Part shown: positions 9,243 to 20,188 of the stretch, one piece after another
How positions within the stretch are numbered: position 1 is the first letter of the stretch
Layout: the number at the start of each line of letters is the position of its first letter
Assembly: GCA_963806185.1 (NCBI GenBank)
Contig: CAWDXE010000007.1
Location: 768,001-832,000, forward strand
Origin: an uncultured candidate division Zixibacteria bacterium
GTDB lineage: Bacteria > Zixibacteria > MSB-5A5 > GN15 > FEB-12
Direction of reading: 5' to 3'
Length of the DNA: 64,000 bases
Program-made: the position numbers and the translations under genes
The notes under the pieces: generated by a model
Told to the model about the DNA's origin: nothing
What the model saw: only the letters and a program-made list of their open reading frames with translations
Database searches by the model: none

Positions 9243-10499
9243 TCAGGTGACCGCAGAGCCGGCACCCATATGGCTCCCGGCAATCCAGGCTGTCGTCCAG
9301 GCGCTTTGGAAATTAAACCCGCCCGTAATGCCGTCAATATCAAGGATCTCGCCGGCGAGATAGAGATGCGGGCAGATTCTGCTCTCCATCGTTCTGAAAT
9401 CTACCTCTTTGAGATTCACACCGCCGCAGGTGACGAATTCTTCTTTAAATTGCCCTTTGCCCGCGACCTGATATTCTCCTGCCTTCAGTTCTTCCAACAA
9501 CGACTCGAGCTGGTCCTTGGTGAGATGTGACCAGATATCGGTCTCGGCAATCCCCGCCCGTTGACACAGCCGTTCCCATAACCGTCGCGGAATGACATCC
9601 GGGTTGTGTCCCAGAATCGGTCGGGTCCCCGATCTTGATCGGTGAGCCTCGACCGCTTTTCGCAGGCGCTCCTCAGAATGGCTCGGTATCCAGTCGATAG
9701 TCAGCGACGCTCGATAATGAGCGTCGTGAAGTTCGCGTGCCGCCCATGCCGAGAGTTTCAACACTGCTGGTCCGCTGAGTCCCCAATGGGTTATCAGCAA
9801 CGGCCCGGACTGTTCGAACGTTTTTCCCTCCACCCGAAGGAACAAGTGCGCCTCAGTTACGCTGATACCCGATAATTCGCTCAGACGCGTGTCGATCACC
9901 TTAAACGTGAATAGCGACGGCACACACGGCACAATCGTGTGCCCCAGATTCTCCGCAAATCGGTGACCTGCAGCCGAACTTCCCGTCGCTAACAAGATGC
10001 CGTGGGCGTCTATCTGACTGCCACTGTGGGTAGATATTCGGAATCGACCCGTCAGCGAGTTGCCTTCGCGTCGTTCGACGGAGGTCACTCGGTCTCCGAC
10101 AATCAACCGGACGCCGGCGTCCTGAACGGCTTTCATGAGACATTCGATAATGGTGACAGAGGAGTCACTCACCGGAAACATGCGGCCGTCAGATTCCGTT
10201 TTCAATCGGATCCCTCGCGCCTCGAACCACTCTACCGTGTCCTTCGGCTGGAACCGGCTGAATGCCCCGCGCAGTTCCCGAAACCCGCGCGGATACCCGC
10301 TTACCAATTCCGCCGGATCGAAACAATGGTGAGTCACATTGCAGCGCCCTCCGCCCGAAATCCGCACCTTGTCAAGCGGCTCGTGCGTCGACTCAATCAG
10401 GACCACCTCGGCTGACGGGTTAACCTCCGCACCCCGTATCGCGCCGAAGAATCCGGCGGCTCCGCCGCCGATGACTGCCATTCGCTTGGTTTCGCTCAC
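9243..10499 (-). CDS. HI0933/BaiN-family FAD/NAD(P)-dependent oxidoreductase
   Basis: VIGGGAAG, KVRISGGGRCNVT, LITHWGLSGPA, VTCGGV, GEILDIDGITGGFNFQSAW. Start placed at GTG 10499. Confidence 0.92.
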   Translation of the reverse strand: MSETKRMAVIGGGAAGFFGAIRGAEVNPSAEVVLIESTHEPLDKVRISGGGRCNVTHHCFDPAELVSGYPRGFRELRGAFSRFQPKDTVEWFEARGIRLKTESDGRMFPVSDSSVTIIECLMKAVQDAGVRLIVGDRVTSVERREGNSLTGRFRISTHSGSQIDAHGILLATGSSAAGHRFAENLGHTIVPCVPSLFTFKVIDTRLSELSGISVTEAHLFLRVEGKTFEQSGPLLITHWGLSGPAVLKLSAWAARELHDAHYRASLTIDWIPSHSEERLRKAVEAHRSRSGTRPILGHNPDVIPRRLWERLCQRAGIAETDIWSHLTKDQLESLLEELKAGEYQVAGKGQFKEEFVTCGGVNLKEVDFRTMESRICPHLYLAGEILDIDGITGGFNFQSAWTTAWIAGSHMGAGSAVT

Positions 10500-10691
10500 G
10501 GCGGCCAATATAGAGCCATTTGGCTCGCCGGGCAAGACATCGTCAATTGCCTGCCTCGGCGCGCTCACACTTTCTGCCGATTCGACTGAAATCAGCCGCT
10601 TGTATTTCGAACTGAAACAGCATATACTGACTTTCAGCAGCCTCAAGACGATCATGTCGCATATCTTCACGCAGCCTCTTCGGGAGTATCT

Positions 10692-13600
10692 ATGGCTGGA
10701 TTCATTTCTCAATCAATCGATCGTGTGAAATCACACCCACGACGCTTCATCTCTTATGTCGCCGCGCTTACCGCTGTGGCGCTCCTCGTATTCGCCACCC
10801 TGACCCTCAGTCTGCCCGATAATGAAATCCGGGTGACGTCGTTTGAGCCTGACGGTCGGGTGGGCATGCAAACCAATATCACCGTCAAGTTCTCCAAAAA
10901 AATGGTCGCGACCGACAGCGTGGATCGCCCCGTTCTCAATCCACCTCTCAAAATCACTCCTCCTATTCCCGGAATCGCACGCTGGATTGAGACCGACGTA
11001 TTGCGGTTCTTTCCCGACGGCTCGCTCCTGCCGGCCACCCGGTACTCGGTCGCCGTGCAATCTGACCGCACTTGGGAGGCCGGTCTGAAAATTGTCAAGC
11101 CCAAGACGTACCAGTTCTTTACCCCCGGCCTCCGTTTTGAAAGCGCCAGCGGCTGGACCGAACCGGTGCCGGATGTCAACGAGTCCGTCCGACTCGTCGC
11201 ACGTCTCGTCTTCAACTACCCGGTGAATCTGAAGGATCTCAGAGACAAACTCACCATTCGAACCGGGGGAAATGCCGCCAAAACTCAGCTCAACTTTGTC
11301 GTCCGACCGACCGACCAGGGCTACCCACCGTCGGATATCTCTACCTCAGCAATGGCTGAAAATCTCACTGCCTCCGATGTACAGGTGTTTAGTGAGTCAA
11401 TTGCCAAGACCAAGTCTGATCAGACGTATGTGCTGAAGATAGATAAGGGCCTGCTCTGCCAGGAGTGCGGCGATGCCACCGCCGATCCCATGACATTGTC
11501 GATTACGATCGATCGTCTCTACCCGCTTGTGATCAATTCGACTCAGAGTTACAGTCAGGGAGAACTGGTCTTCATAGCCGTCGATTTCTCCCAGCAGATC
11601 AGCCCTGAAACGGCCGGCAGCTACGTCTCGATTGAGCCAAAAGTCGATTTCACGACGGAAGTCTCCTGGTCTCGTCTCATTCTTCGCGGTCCATTTCGCC
11701 CGGGAGAAACGTACACGGTCTCAATTGCGAAGGGAATGCCATCCCAACTTAATCACTTGCTCGAAGAGGATTTTTCAACCAGGGTCCTGATCGCCGACCT
11801 CAATCCCTCGGTCAAGTTCACTTCTCATGGCCTCTTCCTACCCAGATCCGGCAACGGCCTGCTGGAGTTAAGCACCATCAACTTGTCGAAGGTTGTCGTC
11901 GAGACTGAACAGGTCTTCGCTAACAATCTCGTTTACTTCCTGCTGACCGGGCGGGGATCGGTATACGGGGGGGATGCCAACTACTACGACACCCGTGCCG
12001 AGCAATTGGGGCGTTCGATCTTCATCAAGGACAAGGAACTGGACGGTGTCCGGAACACACCACTTGCCACGACCGTGGACATCAAGAGCATCATCGCCGA
12101 CACGGCCAAAGGTATCTTTCGCGTCTCCGTTCGCGATAAAGAACAACGCTGGATCGCCGCCAGCCGCTACGTTCTGATCACTGACCTCGGCCTCTCGGTC
12201 CGCATGGCGGATAACTATCTGATGGTCTGGGTCAACTCACTCTCGACCGTCACGCCGACCAGCGGCGTGACCGTTACGCTCTACAGCAAGAACAACCAAC
12301 CGTTGCTCCAGGGAAAAACCGATAGTCGGGGCATTGTCGTCTTCAAAGAGATCGGTCCGCACCTTGCCGGCTTTGAACCGTTCGTCATTACGGCCGAGAA
12401 ACAGGGCGACCTTTCCTACCTCCGTCTCGACGAGTCGCTTATACCGACCAGTGATTTTGACGTTGCCGGACGTCCGCTACTCACCTCCGGTTACGAAGCG
12501 TTCGTGTACGCCGATCGGGGCGTTTACCGGCCCGGTGACACGGCTCACTTTGTGTCTGTGGTGCGCGGCCCGGAAGCAAAACTCCCGCCCGGCTTCCCAT
12601 ACTTGCTGACGGTATTCGATCCCGAGGGGCGGAAGTTTCAGTCATTCAAGATGACCACGGGTGCCGGGATGACTGGTGTCGATTTCGTCATCCCGGATTA
12701 CGTCCCGACCGGCCGCTACGCTGTCGCGGCGACTATTGGCGAGGACTTACAGATTGGTCGAATGGAATTGCTCGTCGAAGATTTCATGCCCGATAAGATT
12801 CGCGTTGACCTTCGCACTCTGAGTTCATCGTATGCCACCGGAGATACGCTGAAAGCTACCGTAAGCGCCAGACTGCTCTTTGGCCCACCCGGAGCCGGAT
12901 ACCAGGTCAAATCCGACATGGTGATTGAATCCCAACCGTTCGAACCAAAGGGCTTCTCGGAGTATACGTTCTCGGCCGACGATCGGACCTTCAACAGAAT
13001 GTCCGTAAATCTCCGCGACACGCTGCTCGATGACTCCGGCCTGCACACGTTCACCTATCAGCTTCCGCCGAAACTGGTCGCACCGTCGGCCCTGAAGGGT
13101 CTGATTTCTGCGACCGTATCGGAATCGGGTGGGCGCGGCGTGAGCGCTTACGCTGAAGTGCTTATCCATCCCTATCCGACCTACCTCGGAATCAAACTTG
13201 CCCGGGACGGCTACACCAAGCCGGGCGAGCCGGTTGTCGCCATGGTGGTCGCCGTGAATTGCGACGGCCAGGCGGTCGACCTCTCCGGCTGCAAGGTCCG
13301 CTTCAACCGCATCGTCTACAACACTCTGCTCAAGCGCGGACAGACCGGCGATTACCAATGGGTCTCGGAGAGAAAAACTCAACCGCTCGATTCCACAGTT
13401 GTCTCAATCACCGGCCTTGGTACCACGGCGACCTTCACACCTGTCGCCTACGGAAGTTATCAAATCACTGCCGAGGATCCGAAGGGTGGGCACCTTTCTG
13501 CCGTCGATCTCTGGGTCTCGGGCTGGGGGTATGCTCCGTGGGCGATGGACCACCCGGATAAGATAGAGTTGGCCCTTGATAAGAAGGAGTATCAGCCCGG

Positions 13601-16175
13601 CGAAAAAGCGATCCTGCAGGTGCGCGCCCCCTTTGGCGGCAAGCTTCTCGTGACGCTGGAAAGGGGAGAGGTGATCGACGTCATCACTCGCGATATGTCC
13701 GAGAATACCGCCGAACTTCAACTACCGGTCAAGAAGGAATATCTCCCCAATATCTACGTCACCGCCGCCGTTGTTCGGCCTGCCGACAGCCTCGAACCCA
13801 ATAAACCGGCGCGCGCCTTCGGTATGGTGCCGCTGGCAGTCTCAACTTCCGCCAAACGCATCGGCATGACTCTGACCGCGCCGGATGTGATCGCACCGCA
13901 CAGCACAATTACCGTCGCGGTACAGCTTGATAGGCCGAGAGCAAGTGACGTGACAGTGGCGGCCGTCGACGCCGGCATTCTGCAACTGACCGAATTCAAG
14001 ACGCCCGACCCGCTCACGTTCTTCTTCGGGAAAAAACAGCCGCATTTCAAACCGTACGATTTGTACTCGTTTCTCTATCCGCACGTCAACCAGGCCACCA
14101 GTCACCTGGCGGCGGGGGATAAGAGCCTTTTCGCGGCAGCTCGTCAGCGGCACCTCAACCCATTCACAGCCAATCGGGTCAAGTCGGTGGCCCTCTGGTC
14201 GGGAGTTCTGCACACCGACAGCGAGGGAAAAACTTCTGCTACGTTCGATATTCCCGAATTCAACGGCAAGCTGGTGGTGATGGCAGTTTCTTCGCAAGGC
14301 GAACTCTTTGGCTCCGCGACCCGCGACATCATCGTACGTGACAACATCGTCCTCCAGGAGAGTTTTCCCCGCTTCATCAGTCCCCGCGACAGCTTCGACG
14401 GCTTGATCACCCTTTTCAACAATACTGGTCAAACCGCCGACATCACGGTGACCGCCACTCCAACCGGCCCCCTCAAACTTGCCGGCCCGGCGTCGCTTAC
14501 TATTCCTGTTGAAAAGGGGCGGGAGGGTCATGCCATTTTCAGATTCAAGGCTGACGATGCACCCGGTACGATCAGCGTCGCCGTGAGCGCCACCGCTGGC
14601 AGCGACAAATCATCTCTCCATCTGGAGATGGCCAACCGTCCGGCCATGCCGTTGGTCACGCAGTACGGGTCGGGAACCGTTATCCCGGGCAAGCCTGCCA
14701 CGTTCGCTCTTCCTTCCGATTGGCTTGCCACCACCGATCAATATGTTCTGCAGACTTCCGGCCTGCCGGCCACAGCCCTGGCCAAACAGGTGCAATATCT
14801 TTTGCAGTATCCGTACGGTTGTGTTGAGCAGACGACATCCCGAGTATTCCCCTTGCTCTATTACAATGATCTGGTCAAAGTGGTCGAACCTGCACTCTTC
14901 GGTGGGCATGGTCACGAGTACTTTGTTCAGCAGGGCATCATCCGCCTCTCGAGCATGATTTTGCCTGATCGCTCGTTTGCCTTCTGGCCCGGTGGAACCT
15001 ACAGCAATTCGTGGTCCACCCTTTACGCCTCGCACTTTCTAACAGAGGCCAGTCGCTCGGGCTTCACCGTCGATAAGAAATTGCTCGGTAACATATACGA
15101 CAACCTGAACAATATCGCACGTGGCCGGCGGACAGATCGGATGACCGACGTTCATCGCGTGTATGCCGCGTACATACTCGCTCAGGCCGGCAAACTCGAC
15201 CAGTCAATCGTCAGCTACTTGAAACGCCTTGATGCCACCAAATTCCTTCCGGATACGCGCTACCAACTTGCCGGAGCGCTCGGTATCAGCGGCAATATGG
15301 CCGAGGCCGTTCGGCTGATCCCGACCGACATTCAGCCCAACCTCTTTGATCCCGAAACCGGCGGCGATTTTGGGTCGGGTGTCCGCTCGGATGCGATCGG
15401 CCTCGATGTCCTTCTCGCGATCAGCCCCGGAAATCCGTCGATCGATGTCCTGGCCGGTTCCCTGCTTCAACGAGCGCAGGCCGGACGGTGGTACTCCACG
15501 CAGGAAAACGCCTTTGCCCTGATGGCCTTGGGCAAGTACTTTAAGACGAAATCAAGTCTCGGTTTCACTGGAACGCTGGCGATCTTCGGCGATAAGACCT
15601 TCACCATCGATTCGACCGGCTTCAGGCTGACTCGCGCTGACTTGGGAGGGAAGAACATCACTGTCTCCGTCCTGAAAGGCGAGGGAACTTGCTACTACTA
15701 CTGGCAGGCTAGCGGCATTCCACGCACCACTGCCGCTCCGGAATTCGATCGCGGCATCCGGGTGCGTCGACAGTATCTTGATGAGGATGCCCTACCGATT
15801 GATCCGGCCAAGGTGAAGCTCGGCGACCGCATCGTATGTCTTGTCACCGCCGAGGCTGTCGACAAGCCCCTCTACAACGTCGTGATAAATGACCTCTTGC
15901 CCGCCGGACTTGAAGTGGAAAATCCCCGGCTAAAGACCACCCCCCGACTCTCCTGGATTCCCAGCGGCGGGATCTCGATCGACTATCAGGATATCCGCGA
16001 CGACCGCATTCTGCTGTTCGCCAATATCTACCCCGGTCAGCCGGTGAAGTTCTACTACAGCCTTCGCGCGATCAGCGCCGGAGAATTCAAGGTGCCGCCG
16101 GTCGCGGCGGAGTGCATGTATAATCCACTCATTGCCGGAAGCGCATCATCAGGCTCGATGACCATCACGCGGTGA
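10692..16175 (+). CDS. Bacterial alpha-2-macroglobulin
   Basis: 1827 aa with N-terminal TM anchor and Ig-like domains. Contains DRGVYRPGD, AAVDAGIL, thioester YPYGCVEQ, WYSTQENAFAL and C-terminal DIRDDR...PPVAAECMY. Confidence 0.95.
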   Translation: MAGFISQSIDRVKSHPRRFISYVAALTAVALLVFATLTLSLPDNEIRVTSFEPDGRVGMQTNITVKFSKKMVATDSVDRPVLNPPLKITPPIPGIARWIETDVLRFFPDGSLLPATRYSVAVQSDRTWEAGLKIVKPKTYQFFTPGLRFESASGWTEPVPDVNESVRLVARLVFNYPVNLKDLRDKLTIRTGGNAAKTQLNFVVRPTDQGYPPSDISTSAMAENLTASDVQVFSESIAKTKSDQTYVLKIDKGLLCQECGDATADPMTLSITIDRLYPLVINSTQSYSQGELVFIAVDFSQQISPETAGSYVSIEPKVDFTTEVSWSRLILRGPFRPGETYTVSIAKGMPSQLNHLLEEDFSTRVLIADLNPSVKFTSHGLFLPRSGNGLLELSTINLSKVVVETEQVFANNLVYFLLTGRGSVYGGDANYYDTRAEQLGRSIFIKDKELDGVRNTPLATTVDIKSIIADTAKGIFRVSVRDKEQRWIAASRYVLITDLGLSVRMADNYLMVWVNSLSTVTPTSGVTVTLYSKNNQPLLQGKTDSRGIVVFKEIGPHLAGFEPFVITAEKQGDLSYLRLDESLIPTSDFDVAGRPLLTSGYEAFVYADRGVYRPGDTAHFVSVVRGPEAKLPPGFPYLLTVFDPEGRKFQSFKMTTGAGMTGVDFVIPDYVPTGRYAVAATIGEDLQIGRMELLVEDFMPDKIRVDLRTLSSSYATGDTLKATVSARLLFGPPGAGYQVKSDMVIESQPFEPKGFSEYTFSADDRTFNRMSVNLRDTLLDDSGLHTFTYQLPPKLVAPSALKGLISATVSESGGRGVSAYAEVLIHPYPTYLGIKLARDGYTKPGEPVVAMVVAVNCDGQAVDLSGCKVRFNRIVYNTLLKRGQTGDYQWVSERKTQPLDSTVVSITGLGTTATFTPVAYGSYQITAEDPKGGHLSAVDLWVSGWGYAPWAMDHPDKIELALDKKEYQPGEKAILQVRAPFGGKLLVTLERGEVIDVITRDMSENTAELQLPVKKEYLPNIYVTAAVVRPADSLEPNKPARAFGMVPLAVSTSAKRIGMTLTAPDVIAPHSTITVAVQLDRPRASDVTVAAVDAGILQLTEFKTPDPLTFFFGKKQPHFKPYDLYSFLYPHVNQATSHLAAGDKSLFAAARQRHLNPFTANRVKSVALWSGVLHTDSEGKTSATFDIPEFNGKLVVMAVSSQGELFGSATRDIIVRDNIVLQESFPRFISPRDSFDGLITLFNNTGQTADITVTATPTGPLKLAGPASLTIPVEKGREGHAIFRFKADDAPGTISVAVSATAGSDKSSLHLEMANRPAMPLVTQYGSGTVIPGKPATFALPSDWLATTDQYVLQTSGLPATALAKQVQYLLQYPYGCVEQTTSRVFPLLYYNDLVKVVEPALFGGHGHEYFVQQGIIRLSSMILPDRSFAFWPGGTYSNSWSTLYASHFLTEASRSGFTVDKKLLGNIYDNLNNIARGRRTDRMTDVHRVYAAYILAQAGKLDQSIVSYLKRLDATKFLPDTRYQLAGALGISGNMAEAVRLIPTDIQPNLFDPETGGDFGSGVRSDAIGLDVLLAISPGNPSIDVLAGSLLQRAQAGRWYSTQENAFALMALGKYFKTKSSLGFTGTLAIFGDKTFTIDSTGFRLTRADLGGKNITVSVLKGEGTCYYYWQASGIPRTTAAPEFDRGIRVRRQYLDEDALPIDPAKVKLGDRIVCLVTAEAVDKPLYNVVINDLLPAGLEVENPRLKTTPRLSWIPSGGISIDYQDIRDDRILLFANIYPGQPVKFYYSLRAISAGEFKVPPVAAECMYNPLIAGSASSGSMTITR

Positions 16176-16185
16176 GGGGGAGATC

Positions 16186-18525
16186 ATGAACACGAAGTCG
16201 ATTCGTGACAAAAGCTCACAACGGCGGCGGCTCCGCCCTCTGCTTGGCGCGCTCATCGCGATTCTTGCGGCCGGAGCGCTCACCAATTGGGTGCTCTTTC
16301 CGTTGCCCAAAGAAAAACTGATCCGCCCGCACGGCGCCTACGTGTACAGTCGCGAGGGTCTGTTGCTGAATTGCTTTACCGCGGAAGATCGTTTCTGGCG
16401 CAAACCGGCGAAGCTGTCAGAAATCTCGCCGCTCCTGATCAAGAGCGTGCTCGCGTGCGAGGACCGATGGTTCTACTATCATCCGGGGTTCAATCCAATC
16501 TCTCTGGTAAGTGCAACCGTCGACAATGTACGGACGGGCAAGTTCGTGCGCGGCGGCTCTACCATCACTATGCAGATCGCGCGGATGATTGAGCCCAAAC
16601 CGCGCACCATTCCCAACAAAGCGCTGGAGATTCTCCGCGCCGTCCAGCTCGAACTAGCCTATTCCAAGTCCGACCTTCTCGAAATTTACTTCAATATTGC
16701 CCCGTATGGTGGCAATATTGAAGGAGTTGGGAGCGCGGCGCACCTCTACTTTGGCAAGGACCCGCTCCACCTTTCACCCTCCGAAGTAGCCATTCTCACC
16801 ACTATCCCGGCCTCTCCCACGAGGTTCCGGCCCGACGCTGATCCAGCCGCCTGCGTCCGACGACGCAATGTCGTGCTCAATCGACTCTGCGCCTCAGGAC
16901 TCATTAGCCGGTCCGACCGCGACGAGGCGATGAAAGAGGACGCTCCCGTCCGTCGCACCGATAGCCCCGTCGCCGCGCCCCACTTCTGTCAGTCGATAAC
17001 ATCGGCGCACTCTTCCGAAGCAGTCATCCGAACAACTCTCGACTACGCCTTGCAGCAGACGTGTGAGAATCTGTCCCTCGGCTACCAATCCATTCTTCGC
17101 GACAAAGGGATCAGCAACTTGGCCCTCGTGGTCATTGATAACCAGTCCGGTGAGCTGCGCGCCATGGTCGGGTCGGCTGACTTCGGCGACCTGCTTCATC
17201 AGGGACAGATCAATGGCGCCCTGGCGCCGAGATCCCCCGGCTCGGCACTCAAACCATTTGTCTACGCTCTCGGCTTCGAGAAGGGGCTCATCTCGCCGGC
17301 CAGGAGAATCGAGGATCTGCCTACCAACTACGCCGGCTATATCCCGGTCAATTACGACGGCGAGTACCACGGCGTCGTGTCGGTGAGCGATGCCTTGATC
17401 CAGTCGCTCAACGTTCCGGCAGTGAACTTGTGTGCCCGCCTTGGCTTGGGTAACGTGTACGATCTCTTCAAGCGTGGCGGAATCACAACTCTGTGTCGAA
17501 AACAATCCGAGTATGGCCTGCCGCTTGTGCTGGGTGCCTGTGAAGTCAATCTGATCGAACTTAGCAACCTGTATGCGACGCTGGCACGGGGCGGACTCTA
17601 CCGCCCCGTACGGATGCTTCAAGCTGACACGTCCGGTCCATCGTTTCGCCTGCTCTCGGAGGCTTCAACGTATCTCGTCTCCGAAATACTCGCCGAACTC
17701 AAACGGCCCGACCTTCCGTCAAGTTGGGAAGCTACAGCCGGCATGCCGCGCGTGGCCTGGAAAACCGGGACGTCGTACGGCCGCAAGGATGCCTGGGCGA
17801 TCGGTTACACGCCGCAGTTCACCGTCGGCGTCTGGGCCGGCAACTTCACGGCCGAGGGCTCCATCGCGATTGTCGGCGCCGAGATCGCCGCGCCACTCAT
17901 GCTCGACATCTTCAATCACCTCGCCACCCTTCAAGGGCAGAACTGGTTCGAAACGCCGCCCTCAATCGATGTCCGGTCAGTTTGCGCTATCAGCGGTATG
18001 CCGGCCGGCGATGCCTGCGATCAGACCCTGTCGGAACAATATATCATCGGCGTTACTCCCGAACAGACCTGCACGGTGCATCGCAAGATTCACGTGGATC
18101 CCAAAACAAGAAACCAGGTTTGTGTGTTTTGTCAGGGAAACGCGCCCGCCGAGGACAGGGTGATCGAGATATGGCCCCCGAAAATCGCCACCTGGCTGTT
18201 GCGTCACGGCATCATCGACTTCGAGCCTCCCCACAATCCGGCCTGCCGGGGTGAAGCCGGGGGAGAAGGCCCGATCATCACCTCACCCGAACCCGGCGCA
18301 GTGTACTTTGTCCAGAACAAAGCGCACCCCGAGTTCCAGAAGATTCTCTTCGAGGCTTCCGCTGCCGCTGATTGTCGTGAAGTACATTGGTTTCTCGACG
18401 GACAGCTCGTTGCGTCAGCGGCGCCCGAATCACGCGTCCTGTACGCCCCACCGACCGGCAACCACAGACTGCTCTGTATTGATGGCAACGGCCGTTCCAG
18501 TGCCGTCTCATTTACCGTACAATAG
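16186..18525 (+). CDS. pbpC: Penicillin-binding protein 1C
   Basis: Transglycosylase motifs (EDRWF, GGSTITMQ), transpeptidase motifs (SALK, SLN, KTGT) and BiPBP_C tail (HWFLDG). Directly follows alpha-2-macroglobulin. Confidence 0.93.
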   Translation: MNTKSIRDKSSQRRRLRPLLGALIAILAAGALTNWVLFPLPKEKLIRPHGAYVYSREGLLLNCFTAEDRFWRKPAKLSEISPLLIKSVLACEDRWFYYHPGFNPISLVSATVDNVRTGKFVRGGSTITMQIARMIEPKPRTIPNKALEILRAVQLELAYSKSDLLEIYFNIAPYGGNIEGVGSAAHLYFGKDPLHLSPSEVAILTTIPASPTRFRPDADPAACVRRRNVVLNRLCASGLISRSDRDEAMKEDAPVRRTDSPVAAPHFCQSITSAHSSEAVIRTTLDYALQQTCENLSLGYQSILRDKGISNLALVVIDNQSGELRAMVGSADFGDLLHQGQINGALAPRSPGSALKPFVYALGFEKGLISPARRIEDLPTNYAGYIPVNYDGEYHGVVSVSDALIQSLNVPAVNLCARLGLGNVYDLFKRGGITTLCRKQSEYGLPLVLGACEVNLIELSNLYATLARGGLYRPVRMLQADTSGPSFRLLSEASTYLVSEILAELKRPDLPSSWEATAGMPRVAWKTGTSYGRKDAWAIGYTPQFTVGVWAGNFTAEGSIAIVGAEIAAPLMLDIFNHLATLQGQNWFETPPSIDVRSVCAISGMPAGDACDQTLSEQYIIGVTPEQTCTVHRKIHVDPKTRNQVCVFCQGNAPAEDRVIEIWPPKIATWLLRHGIIDFEPPHNPACRGEAGGEGPIITSPEPGAVYFVQNKAHPEFQKILFEASAAADCREVHWFLDGQLVASAAPESRVLYAPPTGNHRLLCIDGNGRSSAVSFTVQ

Positions 18526-18554
18526 CCCTCGATAGCTCCCCTTTGGAAAGCCAC

Positions 18555-18614
18555 GCGGCCCGCCGGGTTGACCAAACTAGCCCCGCGGGCCGCCGTCTTG
18601 TACTCGGTTTTTTT
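18555..18614 (+). terminator. Possible terminator after pbpC
   Basis: gcggcccgc...gcgggccgc stem with a T-run about 15 nt downstream. Confidence 0.35.
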
Positions 18615-18732
18615 GAAACTCCTTGTGCCTCTCGCGGCTATAAACATGCCCTTGGAAATCACCACCCCCGGTGGATTTGCCGACGGCCGGACCGGGTCGT
18701 TTCTCCGTCCGACTCGAATCGAAAGCGCAAAT

Positions 18733-20187
18733 ATGAAAGTTGCCGTCAAACTCGTCGCCCTGCTCCTGATGGGCGTCACCCTGGTGCTCACCATCGGCGC
18801 CTATCTCTCAGTCCAGCGCGAACGGGATCTCTTCGTCTCTGATATGGCACAGGACGCCCGCCTGTTCGGGCAGACCGTCATGGAAATCGTGCACCGCGTT
18901 TGGCAGGAAAACGGCGGGCGCCAGGCGGCGTCACTCATTACCGACATCGGGCGCTCTCACGGTCCCATGCACATTCGCTGGGTGTCGCTCGTTGCAGCCA
19001 AACCGGACGCCGTGCCCTCGGTACCGACCGATCAGCTTTCCGGGGTCATGAACGGCGAAAGCCGCAGCCTCCTGTTTGAAAACCCGACCGGCCAGCGTTT
19101 CCTCTTCACCTACATTCCGGTGAATTCTGCCGGCGCCAATACCGAGGCGCTCGAAATCTCGGAAAGCCTCGACCCGATGAGCCAGTACATCCGCACCACC
19201 ATCGTTCGCACGGTGATACTCTCGGCCGTGCTGTTTTTGCTCTCAGCCATTTTCGTCGTCTCGGCTGGGTATCTTATCATAGGTCGCAAGCTGCGGGCCG
19301 TTACTCAGTACGCGCGCACTGTCGGCGGCGGCAACCTCTCAGACCGGCTTGCCATCCGGGGGCACGACGAACTGGCGGAACTCGGCGACGTCATGAACAC
19401 TATGAGCGGCCAACTCCGAGAATCGCAGGAGCAACTGCGCGAGGAAACAAAGGCGCGCATCGCCGCGCTCGTGCAATTGCGGCACGAAGACCGCCTGCGC
19501 ACCGTCGGTCGCCTCGCTTCCGGGTTGGCTCATGAACTCGGCACTCCTCTCAACGTCGTCAGTGGCCGCGCCGGACTCATCGTCGCAGGTGCGTTGGCGG
19601 ACGGCGAGGTCAAGGAAAGCGCCGGCATTATCAAAACCCAGGCCGACCGCATGACAGGACTCATTCGCGATCTGCTGACCTTTGCCCGTAAGGGAGCTGA
19701 CCAGCGAGAACCGCTCGACGTACGGCCCGTTGTACAACAGGCCGTCACCCTCCTGCAGTCACTGGCTGCCAAACAGCGAGTCTCGCTCTCCTTCACCATC
19801 CCTAAAGTGCCGATCACTGCCCGAATCAATCAGTCGCAATTCCAGCAAGTCGTTATCAATCTCGTCACGAATGCCATCCAGGCCGTCCCCGCCGGGGGAG
19901 AGGTGTCCGTTGAATTGATGACCGCATCGCACGCGGACACCTTGAACGGAAACACCTTCAGGGAATTTGTTCAGATCGACGTGGTCGACAACGGCTGTGG
20001 CATCTCCGAGGAACACTTGGCGCAAATATTCGAGCCTTTCTTCACCACTAAAGATGTTGGCGAGGGGACCGGTCTGGGTCTGCCCATCGCCTATGGAATT
20101 GTTCACGAACATGGTGGGTGGATCGATGTTCACAGCGAGCTCGGCCGGGGGAGCCGCTTCACCATTCTATTGCCCAGCGGAGTTTGA
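18733..20187 (+). CDS. HAMP-domain sensor histidine kinase (NtrB-like)
   Basis: Two TM segments, HAMP (DELAEL), LAHELGTPL, NLVTNAIQA, DNGCG, FEPFFTTK, GTGLGL. Start at ATG 18733. Confidence 0.92.
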   Translation: MKVAVKLVALLLMGVTLVLTIGAYLSVQRERDLFVSDMAQDARLFGQTVMEIVHRVWQENGGRQAASLITDIGRSHGPMHIRWVSLVAAKPDAVPSVPTDQLSGVMNGESRSLLFENPTGQRFLFTYIPVNSAGANTEALEISESLDPMSQYIRTTIVRTVILSAVLFLLSAIFVVSAGYLIIGRKLRAVTQYARTVGGGNLSDRLAIRGHDELAELGDVMNTMSGQLRESQEQLREETKARIAALVQLRHEDRLRTVGRLASGLAHELGTPLNVVSGRAGLIVAGALADGEVKESAGIIKTQADRMTGLIRDLLTFARKGADQREPLDVRPVVQQAVTLLQSLAAKQRVSLSFTIPKVPITARINQSQFQQVVINLVTNAIQAVPAGGEVSVELMTASHADTLNGNTFREFVQIDVVDNGCGISEEHLAQIFEPFFTTKDVGEGTGLGLPIAYGIVHEHGGWIDVHSELGRGSRFTILLPSGV

Positions 20188-20188
20188 T

